Notes: generated from the letters alone by a model not told the origin. Positions 28,592-38,853 are shown, numbered from the stretch's first letter. The stretch is 64,000 nt of DNA from Allomuricauda sp. (GCA_028284725.1 JANQRD010000205.1:2117-66116); one strand, 5' to 3'. A program made the numbers and translations.

Positions 28592-31048
28592 ATGAAACTA
28601 CATAGCAATTTTAGTTATTTGATTGTGGCAATTTTGGTCATATTGTCCTGTAAGGACGATTCAAATCAAGAAAAGGAGAACCGAGAAACTGCTTCCTCAA
28701 ACTGGGAGCTCATAGGGCCTGGAGGAGGAGGGAGTACCTTTATCCCCACGTTTGCTTACAGCAACGAGGATGAATTCTTTATTCGATGTGATATGACGGG
28801 TGCCTACCACACAAATGATGGAGGCAATTCCTTTGATCAGATCAATAACCCAGGGGGATCACACGCCTTTGCTTTCGACCCTTTGGATTCCCTGACCATG
28901 TATATCGGTTCAGTAACGCTAAACAAATCCATTGATGGGGGGAGTACTTGGGATGTTATTTTTCCGGCAAAGGAAGAAATCTTAGATAGTATCTACTTGG
29001 GAGATCATGCAGATTTTAACCTGGTCACTTCGAAAAACTCTTTGTACCATCAAACAGCATACAATGGATTGGATGCCCAAGATCAGTATAAAAATCTGGT
29101 TGTGCGAAACATCAAAGTCGACCCCAATGACTCAAATGTGATTTATTTCAGTAGTGGAAAAAATCTTTTTGTGTCACAAGATCAAGGTGCCTCTTGGTCC
29201 AGGATTGAACTCGATAGCAATATCAACTTCATCTATACAAACACTACAAGTGCCAAAGAAAAACTCTTCGTGTTCACCAATTTAAACATCAATGTGGTAG
29301 AGAAGAATACTTGGAAAACCACTTCTACGGTGTTTCCCAAAGATATGAGTCCCGTTTTTAAAGCTACAGGAGGTACTTTAAAAGAAGATGGGAAAACGGT
29401 TTTTTATGCATTGCACCATAATATACAGCCAAAGTCTAGAGCTGATATTGTTCCTACCTCGCTTTGGGTGTCAGAGGATTTGGGAAAAACATGGGTGGAA
29501 AACCAGCATGAGGTAGTGGCAAATAACAGCGGCCCAACTCCAATGTTTTCGGATATTAAGGCTGCCGAGAATGATGCCACACATGTGTATATGGTCACCA
29601 GCAGCTATAAAGAACAGAATCCAAATGGTGAAGTTTCCCATTGGTTTGGCGCAGTTAAGTCATCAGATTTGGGTAAAAGTTGGCAGTGGGTATGGAAAGG
29701 TGGTGGCGGTTCGGGCAAGTATGGTATGATGGATGGCAGTGATGCCCCAAACCTGAAGGATGCATGGGTACATAAGGCGTTTGGAAAGGATTATATAAAA
29801 CTATTCGATGTTGGTGTGGCGCCCAACGATGGTAATACGGCAATAGTTACAGATTGGTACCGCAGTATGAGGACCATTGATGGTGGAAAGACCTGGCTGC
29901 CCGTTTACAGTACCGAACAGACAGATGGGAGTTATGTATCGAACGGTTTGGATGTCACCACCACATATGGAGTTCATCATGATCCGTTTGATGCGGACCA
30001 TATTGCCATAAGCTATACCGATATTGGTTATCATCATTCATACAATGGTGGTAAAAGCTGGTTCAGATCGGTGGAAGGTATACCGAGACGATGGCAAAAT
30101 ACCTGCTATTGGATGGTTTTCGATCCCGGAGTAAAGGACAAAGTATGGTCGGTTTGGTCGAATCTGCACGATTTTCCGAGAGGAAAAATGACAAGAAATC
30201 CTGAATGGACGAACTACGGCGCAGGTGGTGTGGCACTTTCGGTGGACGGAGGCAAAACCTGGAAGCCTACCGTTGAAGGAATGGGATTGGATACCCCATC
30301 CGCATCCATAGTCTTGGATAAAAATTCCCCGGTTGGCAATAGAACACTGTACGTTGCAGCATATGGCAAAGGAGTATTTAAGTCAGTCGATGATGGTAAG
30401 ACTTGGAAGCTGCATAATAATGGTATTCTGGGTAGTCTGGCTGCTTTTGAGCTGACTTTGCAGGAAGATGGAACACTGTATTTGGTTACAAGCCCAACAC
30501 CGCAGCATAGAAATGGAAAAACTGGTATTGAGGTTCATATGGGAGCAGTTTACAAGTCGGTGGACGGAGCTGAATCTTGGCAGCGTCTCGACTTGGGCCA
30601 AAAAGTACAATTTCCAAATGGTATGACATATGATCCCTCAAATCCAGACAAGTTATACGTCGGGTGTTGGTCGGACATTCATTTAAGTGATATGGTAGGG
30701 CGTGCGGTCACCAATGTTTCTGGTGGAAACAAACGGATAGATTTAGAAGGTGGGATTCTAATGTCGGAAAATGGCGGCGAAAGCTGGACCCAGATTTTTG
30801 ACCCGGACAAATATGTATACGATGTAACCGTGGATGAACGATTTCCCGGAAGGCTATATTGCAATACGTTTAACCATGGAGCATTTCGGAGTGATGATTA
30901 TGGCAAAACTTGGAATAAAATCAGGGACTACGATTTTTATTGGGGGCATAGAGTGATGGTGGATAAAAATGACAAAGAAAAGGTGTACCTAACCACTTTT
31001 GGGTCTAGCGTATGGCATGGTATACCTGAGATTGACCAGAAAGAATAA
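28592..31048 (+). CDS. BNR/Asp-box repeat double beta-propeller lipoprotein (GH74-like), copy 1
   Basis: Lipobox ILSC; about 10 S/T-x-D-x-G-x-S/T-W Asp boxes; GPGGGG..CDMTG and YTDIG motifs. Confidence 0.75.
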   Translation: MKLHSNFSYLIVAILVILSCKDDSNQEKENRETASSNWELIGPGGGGSTFIPTFAYSNEDEFFIRCDMTGAYHTNDGGNSFDQINNPGGSHAFAFDPLDSLTMYIGSVTLNKSIDGGSTWDVIFPAKEEILDSIYLGDHADFNLVTSKNSLYHQTAYNGLDAQDQYKNLVVRNIKVDPNDSNVIYFSSGKNLFVSQDQGASWSRIELDSNINFIYTNTTSAKEKLFVFTNLNINVVEKNTWKTTSTVFPKDMSPVFKATGGTLKEDGKTVFYALHHNIQPKSRADIVPTSLWVSEDLGKTWVENQHEVVANNSGPTPMFSDIKAAENDATHVYMVTSSYKEQNPNGEVSHWFGAVKSSDLGKSWQWVWKGGGGSGKYGMMDGSDAPNLKDAWVHKAFGKDYIKLFDVGVAPNDGNTAIVTDWYRSMRTIDGGKTWLPVYSTEQTDGSYVSNGLDVTTTYGVHHDPFDADHIAISYTDIGYHHSYNGGKSWFRSVEGIPRRWQNTCYWMVFDPGVKDKVWSVWSNLHDFPRGKMTRNPEWTNYGAGGVALSVDGGKTWKPTVEGMGLDTPSASIVLDKNSPVGNRTLYVAAYGKGVFKSVDDGKTWKLHNNGILGSLAAFELTLQEDGTLYLVTSPTPQHRNGKTGIEVHMGAVYKSVDGAESWQRLDLGQKVQFPNGMTYDPSNPDKLYVGCWSDIHLSDMVGRAVTNVSGGNKRIDLEGGILMSENGGESWTQIFDPDKYVYDVTVDERFPGRLYCNTFNHGAFRSDDYGKTWNKIRDYDFYWGHRVMVDKNDKEKVYLTTFGSSVWHGIPEIDQKE

Positions 31049-31073
31049 TGTCCCCTTTTTTTCATTAAAAAAT

Positions 31074-33560
31074 ATGACCACCGTCCTAAATAATTTCAAA
31101 AAAAGCCCTCTTTTATTCTGTCTGACGTTGCTGCTGGTTTTGGGTGTTGGAATCTCATGCAATGACATAACTACAAAAAAGGTTGGGGAAGCCTATAACA
31201 ATCCAAATGGAAGAAACGATCGATGGGGGTTTATCGGACCTGGTGGTGGAGGTGCCATGTTTAATCCCACCATCAACCCATTGGATTCTACAAATGTTTT
31301 TGTAAGCTGCGACATGACGGGTTCTTTTGTAACCTATGATGGAGGTGAGAAATGGCGTATGTTCAATCTTCGTGGCAAAACGGAATTCTTTGTCTTTGAT
31401 GGGAAAAACGAAAAAGTTGCATATGCCGGAACCTCCAATCTGTTATTTAAAAGTATAGATCAAGGAAAATCATGGAATACCATTTATCCAGAACCTAAAA
31501 ACATTATAGCAATTCATGCGCAAGGAGACCACGCAGGTGAGGTGGTGGTGACGAAAGATAGCATTCGCACACAAATTAAAAAACTGGTTGTGGACCCTGG
31601 TGATCCGGAAAAATTGTTCTTATTGGTCAAGAGAACAAAGGTAGATGTTTGGCCAATTGTAAGAGGAAAGCAACAAAGATTTTATATGGAAATCCTCACC
31701 TCTGGGAATGGAGGTAAACAGTGGACTAAACTGGACAAATTATGGTTTGATCTTAATACCATTTTTCTGGATCCGACTTCCCCGTCCAATAATAGAACAA
31801 TATATGTATGTGGAAAAGATGGACTGGGTGTAAAAACAGATGGGGGTTGGAGAAAGATAGAAATACCAGAAGGTTCAGGTAGCATCACTCAAGTTGTGGA
31901 TGGATGGGATATGGAAAATCAACGGCATATTATTTATGTCCTGTCCGGAAAATCCTATTTCAATCGAGAGGGTAAACCCAATGACCCTAGAATTTATAGG
32001 ACGGAGAATGGCGGACTGGATTGGACAAGGGTCGATGGCCCGTTACTTGACTTAAAAGGAGAAACTTTGGAAAACCCGGAATTTCGGAGCATTGCCACAA
32101 GTTATAAAAACCCCAACACGTTATATGTATCATTCAATGGGCTAAAAACGGATAAGACCACCACTAGTTTTGGTGTTGCGAAAACAACAGACTCCGGTAG
32201 GTCTTGGGAGTTGGTGTGGAATGATACGTTTTCTGCGTTAGATGACAAACAACATGCTTCGTCCAATAGAACCCAAGGATGGCTTGATAAACGCTTTGGT
32301 CCCGGATGGGGCGAAAATCCCTTTCATATGGCCGTCGATGACAATGATCCTTTGCTGACCTATGCCACCGACTTTGGAAGAACGATCAAAACCACCGATG
32401 GAGGGAATACTTGGAAACAAGTTTATACCAAAAAAGTGGATGGGGTTGGATGGAGGTCAAGAGGACTTCAGGTTACCACAGGTTATATGTTGGCTTTTGA
32501 CCCTTTTGACCCGCAACATGTGTTTATGGCAGACACAGATACTGGGTTGATGGAAAGTATCGATGGTGGGAAAAGCTGGAACAGTGCCACACATAATAAT
32601 GGAGTTCCCCGAAGATGGATAAATTCCACCTATTGGCTTTTGTTCGATCCAGATGTGAAGGACAGGATATGGGCGGTTATGAGCGCCAATCACGATCTGC
32701 CAAGGCCAAAAATGTGGAGAAACCGAGACATGGATAGCTATCGCGGGGGTGTGCTCATTAGTAATGATGGTGGCAAATCTTGGAAACCAATCAGCAAGAG
32801 TATTGGGGAAACTGCCGCAACGCACATTTTGATGGATAGAACAAAGGATGGCCTGGAACGTACGCTGTATGTATGCGCCTTTGGAAAAGGAGTATACAAA
32901 TCCGTTGATAGTGGAGCCTCATGGGAGGCCAAAAACAATGGAATTTTAGGGAGTCAACCTGCAGCATGGCGATTGACCCAGCGAAAAAATGGCGATATGT
33001 TCCTTATTGTATCCAGAAAGAGCGATAATGGAAGTATCGGAAATGAGCTTGATGGAGCCCTTTACAAATCCAGGGATGGCGCAGAAACCTGGGAAAAGGT
33101 CAATCTCCCTGAGGGAGTAAACGGGCCTACCAGCATTATTGTTGACCCAGAAAATCAAAAGAGGTTAATACTTTCGGCATGGGGAAGATATGGAGCGACC
33201 CCATTTGCACCCAATCGAGGAGGTGGAATCTACATCTCTGAGGATGACGGAGGAACATGGAAAGCCGTGCTAACTGAAGACCAGCATATTCATGATGTGA
33301 CAATGGATGAAAGGAATGGAATACTTTATGCTTCAGGATTCAATTCGTCGGCATACCGCTCTGATGATAGGGGAGTAACATGGCAGCGCATCAAGGGGTA
33401 CAACTTTAAATGGGGAAAACGTGTGCAGCCTGATCCATACGATTCAGAAAAAATTTACGTAATAACCTTTGGAGGAGGGGTTTGGTATGGTCCTGCAAAG
33501 GGAGATCCGAATGCGCGGGAAGATATTGCAACCCCAATTGCTTCTTATGGGATTCAATAA
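31074..33560 (+). CDS. BNR/Asp-box repeat double beta-propeller lipoprotein (GH74-like), copy 2
   Basis: Lipobox GISC; many Asp boxes; GPGGGG..CDMTG and DTDTG motifs; clear paralogue of the upstream gene. Confidence 0.75.
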   Translation: MTTVLNNFKKSPLLFCLTLLLVLGVGISCNDITTKKVGEAYNNPNGRNDRWGFIGPGGGGAMFNPTINPLDSTNVFVSCDMTGSFVTYDGGEKWRMFNLRGKTEFFVFDGKNEKVAYAGTSNLLFKSIDQGKSWNTIYPEPKNIIAIHAQGDHAGEVVVTKDSIRTQIKKLVVDPGDPEKLFLLVKRTKVDVWPIVRGKQQRFYMEILTSGNGGKQWTKLDKLWFDLNTIFLDPTSPSNNRTIYVCGKDGLGVKTDGGWRKIEIPEGSGSITQVVDGWDMENQRHIIYVLSGKSYFNREGKPNDPRIYRTENGGLDWTRVDGPLLDLKGETLENPEFRSIATSYKNPNTLYVSFNGLKTDKTTTSFGVAKTTDSGRSWELVWNDTFSALDDKQHASSNRTQGWLDKRFGPGWGENPFHMAVDDNDPLLTYATDFGRTIKTTDGGNTWKQVYTKKVDGVGWRSRGLQVTTGYMLAFDPFDPQHVFMADTDTGLMESIDGGKSWNSATHNNGVPRRWINSTYWLLFDPDVKDRIWAVMSANHDLPRPKMWRNRDMDSYRGGVLISNDGGKSWKPISKSIGETAATHILMDRTKDGLERTLYVCAFGKGVYKSVDSGASWEAKNNGILGSQPAAWRLTQRKNGDMFLIVSRKSDNGSIGNELDGALYKSRDGAETWEKVNLPEGVNGPTSIIVDPENQKRLILSAWGRYGATPFAPNRGGGIYISEDDGGTWKAVLTEDQHIHDVTMDERNGILYASGFNSSAYRSDDRGVTWQRIKGYNFKWGKRVQPDPYDSEKIYVITFGGGVWYGPAKGDPNAREDIATPIASYGIQ

Positions 33561-33832
33561 ATTTAAACCGATAGGATTTTAAGCAATCTATATTATTCGG
33601 AACAAGCCTTAACTGATTCGATTTTTTTATAACTCAATATCTTAACCTAGAATGAAATCATTTGTAAAAAAAACCACAAGCCATTCTTTCTTTTCGGGCC
33701 GAATAGCTTTCAAAAGCTATGTAGAATCCCAAAAAAAGCCCGTAAACTCTATTATTTTTAATATATTGCGCCATCACCCGTGTTTGCAAAGCACGGCACT
33801 TTTTTATCGAGACACACACTAACCGAACCCTT

Positions 33833-34606
33833 ATGTCTAAAAAGAAATCTACTGTAGAACGTAGGCTTGTAATTGTTAAAGAACTTGACCAGAAAGGAAA
33901 AGTAGATGTTGGCAATTTGAGCAAAATGTTTGGCGTCAGCGAGGTGACCATACGGAATGACCTGGCGCAATTGGAGAAAAAAAATGTCCTAATTCGAGCT
34001 AGGGGAGGCGCTCTAAAGCTGGACCCTGTGGGAATAGATTACCACATTTCCGAAAAGGATAAAATTAATATCAAAGCCAAACAGCAAATTGGCGTGAAGG
34101 CGGCCGAGCTTGTAAATGAAGGAGATACCATAATGATCGACTCTGGGTCCACTGCCATGCAACTTGTACGGAATTTGGATAAAAGATCTCATCTCACCGT
34201 TATTACCAATGCACTGAACATTGTAAACCACCTTCAGAAAAATGAGGATATTCAGGTTATTGTTCCCGGTGGTTTCCTAAGGAACAAATCATTTTCATTG
34301 ATTGGTTCGTCCGCAGAAAAAAGCATGCGAAATTACTTTTGCGACAAGCTATTTTTGGGTGTAGATGGTTTGGATGTTGACTATGGCCTTTCCACCCCAA
34401 ATATTGAGGAAGCAAATTTCAATTGCACCATGATTGAAATGTCAAATCAGGTGATTGTTCTTGCGGATTCGAGCAAAATAGGAAAAAGGAGCCTGGCTTT
34501 TATCTGTCCAACTTCAAGTATCGACATTTTGATTACGGACAGCGGGATAACCCACGAACAACGAGTATCGCTTGAAAAAACAGGTATTAATGTTGTAGTG
34601 GTATAA
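33833..34606 (+). CDS. agaR: DeoR/GlpR family transcriptional regulator, AgaR-like
   Basis: ERR..I, GVSEVTIRNDL..LE HTH, IDSGST, ITNALN and LADSSK motifs; genomic context with agaS. Confidence 0.75.
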   Translation: MSKKKSTVERRLVIVKELDQKGKVDVGNLSKMFGVSEVTIRNDLAQLEKKNVLIRARGGALKLDPVGIDYHISEKDKINIKAKQQIGVKAAELVNEGDTIMIDSGSTAMQLVRNLDKRSHLTVITNALNIVNHLQKNEDIQVIVPGGFLRNKSFSLIGSSAEKSMRNYFCDKLFLGVDGLDVDYGLSTPNIEEANFNCTMIEMSNQVIVLADSSKIGKRSLAFICPTSSIDILITDSGITHEQRVSLEKTGINVVVV

Positions 34607-34655
34607 TAGATTTTACCATTCCCATACTCAATTCTTGTGGAGCCGAAGTTTGTCC

Positions 34656-35888
34656 TTATACTATTTTGAAATAGGTAAGTAGTTTAGTGACCATTATATA
34701 AACCAGGATGCACATTAATAAAAAGCCCAATGTGGCAAGTACGTTTTGGAATGTGTTATTTCTGTGCTCACCCATAATGTCCTTTCGGTTCAATACTAAA
34801 ATCAAACCCACAGCGATTAGGGGAACCGCCAGAATTGATGAAGCTTGAGCTATAATTAGGGAATATACAGGGTTACCGATATCACTACTTACATAAATGG
34901 CAATTCCCATTCCAATCAGCAGAATGGTGACCGTGAAGATTCTGGGCATTTTGTTTTCCATGCTCTGTCCCATTCCAAGACCATCGGACAACAATCCGCC
35001 ACCAACTACCGCATTGATGACCAGGGATGAAAATGCTGCTGCACTGAAACCGATGGCAAAAATGTACTTTGCGTATTGTCCCAACAACAATTCCAGTTGA
35101 AGGGCCATATCGGCTGCAGAATTTACATGGATGCCAAGGGGCTTTAAGGTCGCAGCTGCTGTCACGATTACCAACAAAGATATTGAGGCCAATATGAAGA
35201 CCCCAAAATTTGAATCCTGAATGGCTTTTGCCTTGTCTTTCAATCCCCAACCTTTGGTTTGCACCAAGTACGACTGATATAGAGCACTGTTTAACACAAA
35301 TGTGGTCCCGACTAGGGCGGCGAGTTGGTCAAAATGTTGCATCGCGAAGGTCCTGGGCACAAAACCCTGGGCAACTTTTAACATATCGGGTCTTATAAAC
35401 AACACGTTGGCAACAAATGCCAAGATCATAATGATGACCATATACATCATGAGTTTCTCCAAGACACGGTAAAGACGTTTAGTGTAAAAGATGAGCAGTA
35501 CTGCAAAAAAGGTGAACACAAATGGCCAAATTCTAGCTTCTATTCCAGTTAAGGTTTCCATGCCCATTCCAATCCCAAGATTGTTACCAAATTGGAAACT
35601 CAACGTGGCCAAAAAAGAGCTGATGCCAATAGCTACCGAAAACCATTTCCCAAATTTTTGCGCAATGACACCCAAAATGGACTCCTCGTTCATAACGGCA
35701 AATCGGGTACTCATTCCGGTGTAAACTGCCATGGAGACCCCAGCAATAACTATGGCCCATAAAAATTCGTACCCCTGTGTAGCCCCAATTTTTGTTGAGG
35801 TGGTCAGACTACCCGGACCCAAAACAACAGCAGCAGTAATAAAGCCAGGTCCGAGAGCCTGCAAAAACCTTTTTAATTTTAACATCAT
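34656..35888 (-). CDS. NRAMP-related (APC fold) transporter lacking the canonical DPGN motif
   Basis: LGPGFITAAVVLGPGS, FQFGNN, ALVGTT, AAAFSS; about 11 TM helices. Confidence 0.75.
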   Translation of the reverse strand: MMLKLKRFLQALGPGFITAAVVLGPGSLTTSTKIGATQGYEFLWAIVIAGVSMAVYTGMSTRFAVMNEESILGVIAQKFGKWFSVAIGISSFLATLSFQFGNNLGIGMGMETLTGIEARIWPFVFTFFAVLLIFYTKRLYRVLEKLMMYMVIIMILAFVANVLFIRPDMLKVAQGFVPRTFAMQHFDQLAALVGTTFVLNSALYQSYLVQTKGWGLKDKAKAIQDSNFGVFILASISLLVIVTAAATLKPLGIHVNSAADMALQLELLLGQYAKYIFAIGFSAAAFSSLVINAVVGGGLLSDGLGMGQSMENKMPRIFTVTILLIGMGIAIYVSSDIGNPVYSLIIAQASSILAVPLIAVGLILVLNRKDIMGEHRNNTFQNVLATLGFLLMCILVYIMVTKLLTYFKIV

Positions 35889-36011
35889 CTTTCTTTAATT
35901 TAATGCCCAAATCAGTATACTTATCAAATATCATCATTTGTTTTCAAAACATTTGTTTGTTTGTATTAAATATTTCGTTTAATTATTATTTTGATGTAAT
36001 TTTCTTTTAAA

Positions 36012-37241
36012 ATGTTTTTAATGGAGCTTAAAGTAAATTTTGATGTTGTCCAGGGGCTGAGAATTTTTGCGATTTGGTTTGTCGTATTGGCATTGGGCAG
36101 TTGTACCCATTCAAAAAACGAGGGTAAAATTGTTTTTAAGGAGACAGCTGGTGTGGATAGAAGTTTAGAGTATGTGGAAATTAGAATTAATCATCAGAAT
36201 AGGAGTAGGTTGTTTCTTCAGGATGTTTTATCCGGCGACTTGTTGGTAGGGGAAAAATTGAATGACAGAACCTCTGAAAAAGACACAAGTTCATACATAT
36301 TCCCGATTTCAATACGAGCCAATCAAACTAAGACTTTTGCTATAGTTGATACCGGAGAAATGTCTCCAGATAAAACACTTAAACTTGAAGGTGAGGGCGT
36401 GGCGGTGCAAATAGAGAATGAATATTTCGTTGCTGATTTCAACGTAACCCCCTTAAAGCGTGAAAGAGGACTACACCCTGGTCAGCTTGGGGGTATTTTT
36501 ATCAAAAAGAATGGTGTTCTTTTGCAACGAAGCCATATCGATATGCACTGGTCGCCCAACTTTCAAAAAGAAGATGTGGACTATAAAACTATGGGGCATT
36601 TGGATGCTGATAATGCCAAAATAGTACAACGGAATTCGTACATGGTTCAATTGGAAAAGTCTGGAGCAGTTTCTGGATATGAAGAAATAGATTTGTTTGG
36701 AGCCTATACCTTCTTTTCTGAATTACCTTATTTTTTGTTTACATCGACGATGACATTCAATCAGAATGTAGCCCTGTTTTTACTCCGAAATGACGAAATG
36801 ACCATGGATAGCCTGTTTACGCATCTGGTGTATCCAAAAAGCGACGACATATTTGGTGCTTTGCCATTATACGATACCAAAAAACTGGATTCACTCACCC
36901 AATCCCCCTTAAAAGATGACATCGATTGGCTGGGTTTTATAAATGAATCCAAAGGGTATGGTCTATTCAGTATTCGGCTGGACTACGATAATCGAAATTT
37001 GAAAGGAGAAAAGTCACCCCTCTACGAACCTCATACCAAAATATCATCAGGACGCAACAATGGTCGATACTGGAATAGGAGATTGATTAACGAAAAAACC
37101 ACAATGGTACCAAAAGGTAGCAGATATTATGAGCGTTTAGCCTATTTGGTATTGGATGATTTGACCGGATTCGATGAAAAAATCAAAGAATATGCAACAA
37201 GTCTTAAAAATCCGGTAAGTGTTAGTTATCTTAGTGAATAA
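36012..37241 (+). CDS. Hypothetical lipoprotein, possibly beta-supersandwich carbohydrate-active
   Basis: Long ORF with lipobox LGSC and beta-rich composition; no recognised catalytic motif. Confidence 0.55.
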   Translation: MFLMELKVNFDVVQGLRIFAIWFVVLALGSCTHSKNEGKIVFKETAGVDRSLEYVEIRINHQNRSRLFLQDVLSGDLLVGEKLNDRTSEKDTSSYIFPISIRANQTKTFAIVDTGEMSPDKTLKLEGEGVAVQIENEYFVADFNVTPLKRERGLHPGQLGGIFIKKNGVLLQRSHIDMHWSPNFQKEDVDYKTMGHLDADNAKIVQRNSYMVQLEKSGAVSGYEEIDLFGAYTFFSELPYFLFTSTMTFNQNVALFLLRNDEMTMDSLFTHLVYPKSDDIFGALPLYDTKKLDSLTQSPLKDDIDWLGFINESKGYGLFSIRLDYDNRNLKGEKSPLYEPHTKISSGRNNGRYWNRRLINEKTTMVPKGSRYYERLAYLVLDDLTGFDEKIKEYATSLKNPVSVSYLSE

Positions 37242-37281
37242 CTAAGTCATTCTGGATTGACCATTGGTCGATTTGTGGTCA

Positions 37282-38640
37282 TCATTCTTTCAGCGCTTGT
37301 TTCATATATTCCCTTGGGGTCATGCTCACGTATTTTCGAAAAGCGGTATTAAAGCTTGACTTTGATTTAAAACCTGATTGATTTGCGATAGACTCAATGG
37401 TAAAATTTCTATGGCTGCCATCGGCCAGTCGTTCCTTTACCTCCTCCACACGGAACGCGTTCACATATTCATAAAAAGACTTCCCAAGCCCATTGTTGAG
37501 AAAAGCACTTAATGATTTAGGATGTATTTTCATGGCCGCCGCTAGGGTATCAAGGTTCAAACTTGGATCCATATACATTTTTGATGAGTCCATTAGGCCG
37601 TCCAACTTGCTTTTTAAATGCAATAGCTCTTCATCTGAATAGCGATGGTTTCCATTGGATGAAAGTAGGTTTTTGCTCAATAAAAAGTATTTAATGTCCG
37701 ATATGATCTCTATTCCAAGCCACAGCAGGAAAATTCCCATAACCAGCCAAAGGGGATTATAGGAAACGGTAGCCACTCCAAAATCATAGATCCAATAATT
37801 GATAAAGATTTGGAGTCCCCAGCAAGTAAGCAACACCAAAAATCCGATTTGGAACCGATGAATCCAACGGTTTAGTTTTTTGTCTTTGATAGGGTTTACC
37901 TTTCTCCATTGAGTGAAAAGCTTATGGGCATAGAACAGGTAAACAGCAGCAATTAAAACTGTGAAAGCTTGCTCCCAATGACTAAATCGCACTTCGAAGG
38001 GAGAATACATAAATTGAAGTTTAACATCTGAAGGTGCTACAAAAAGTATTGAGTAGTACAGAAACATGACTCCTCCCGGTAAAAAATGTGCCCAATATCG
38101 GGCCTTCCATTTAAATGGGCTTTCTGTAAGGCTTTTTACATAAAATAAGATGAGCGGCCCAAGTAATAGAATAAATGAAATAGGAGTAAACAGACTTTTA
38201 TAGGAATTCGTCAAACTGTATTTTACGGCAAACAACTGGTTTTTGAAGCCATAGAGTGAGAGTACTAGGATGATGAGCGTTAAGAAGATGTTCAGCGATC
38301 GGCCCCTTACTCCTTTCAGTAGTAGAAATAGTGATAGCAATATTCCTATTGAAAATATAGGATAAATCAATTTTGTGTACAGTTGGCCCAACATTCCGGT
38401 AGCTAAATAGGGTGCGATGCCCTTATCCACTTTCCGGGTAATGCCCATTGGTACTGCAACCAACGCCATATTGCACCTAGGACATGTGCCTGCTTCATGA
38501 AAAAAGAGGTGGTCGTGGTCGCAACCACAGGGCGGACAGCGATACCGGGTTACAGCATCTAAATCCGTTTGACCACCAACAGGTACCTGACTGCTAGAGA
38601 GGGTAAGCAGAAAAAAAATGTACAATAGCTTAATTCCCAT
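37282..38640 (-). CDS. Membrane-bound AraC family regulator with N-terminal Cys/His heavy-metal-binding-like domain
   Basis: Signal peptide, YRCPPCGCDHD..GTCPRCNMAL, about 7 TM helices, C-terminal AraC HTH (FYEYVN..RVEE, GFKSKSSFN..F.K...TPREY). Confidence 0.85.
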   Translation of the reverse strand: MGIKLLYIFFLLTLSSSQVPVGGQTDLDAVTRYRCPPCGCDHDHLFFHEAGTCPRCNMALVAVPMGITRKVDKGIAPYLATGMLGQLYTKLIYPIFSIGILLSLFLLLKGVRGRSLNIFLTLIILVLSLYGFKNQLFAVKYSLTNSYKSLFTPISFILLLGPLILFYVKSLTESPFKWKARYWAHFLPGGVMFLYYSILFVAPSDVKLQFMYSPFEVRFSHWEQAFTVLIAAVYLFYAHKLFTQWRKVNPIKDKKLNRWIHRFQIGFLVLLTCWGLQIFINYWIYDFGVATVSYNPLWLVMGIFLLWLGIEIISDIKYFLLSKNLLSSNGNHRYSDEELLHLKSKLDGLMDSSKMYMDPSLNLDTLAAAMKIHPKSLSAFLNNGLGKSFYEYVNAFRVEEVKERLADGSHRNFTIESIANQSGFKSKSSFNTAFRKYVSMTPREYMKQALKE

Positions 38641-38853
38641 GATGGTTACTTGGTATTGTTCCTAAAATTAGGGAAAACAGTTTTTAAGATTCTGTTAAAT
38701 AAATAGCCTTTTGAATTGCCCTTAGTTAGGGTCTTGCTCAGGATTTGAATGAAATGTACGTTTAGATGAATGCGAACATATTTTCAATTTGTTTTTCCTG
38801 CTAATGTTTTGTTGCGAGCTAATTTGATAGGGTAACCGTTAAAACATGTCCAC

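Noticed and set aside
28592-33560. Sialidase (GH33) call from Asp boxes
   Set aside because: No FRIP motif is seen, and size and motifs fit a double propeller; Asp boxes are not diagnostic.
33658-33970. Short minus-strand ORFs overlapping the agaR start
   Set aside because: They overlap agaR and its promoter and have no protein-like features.
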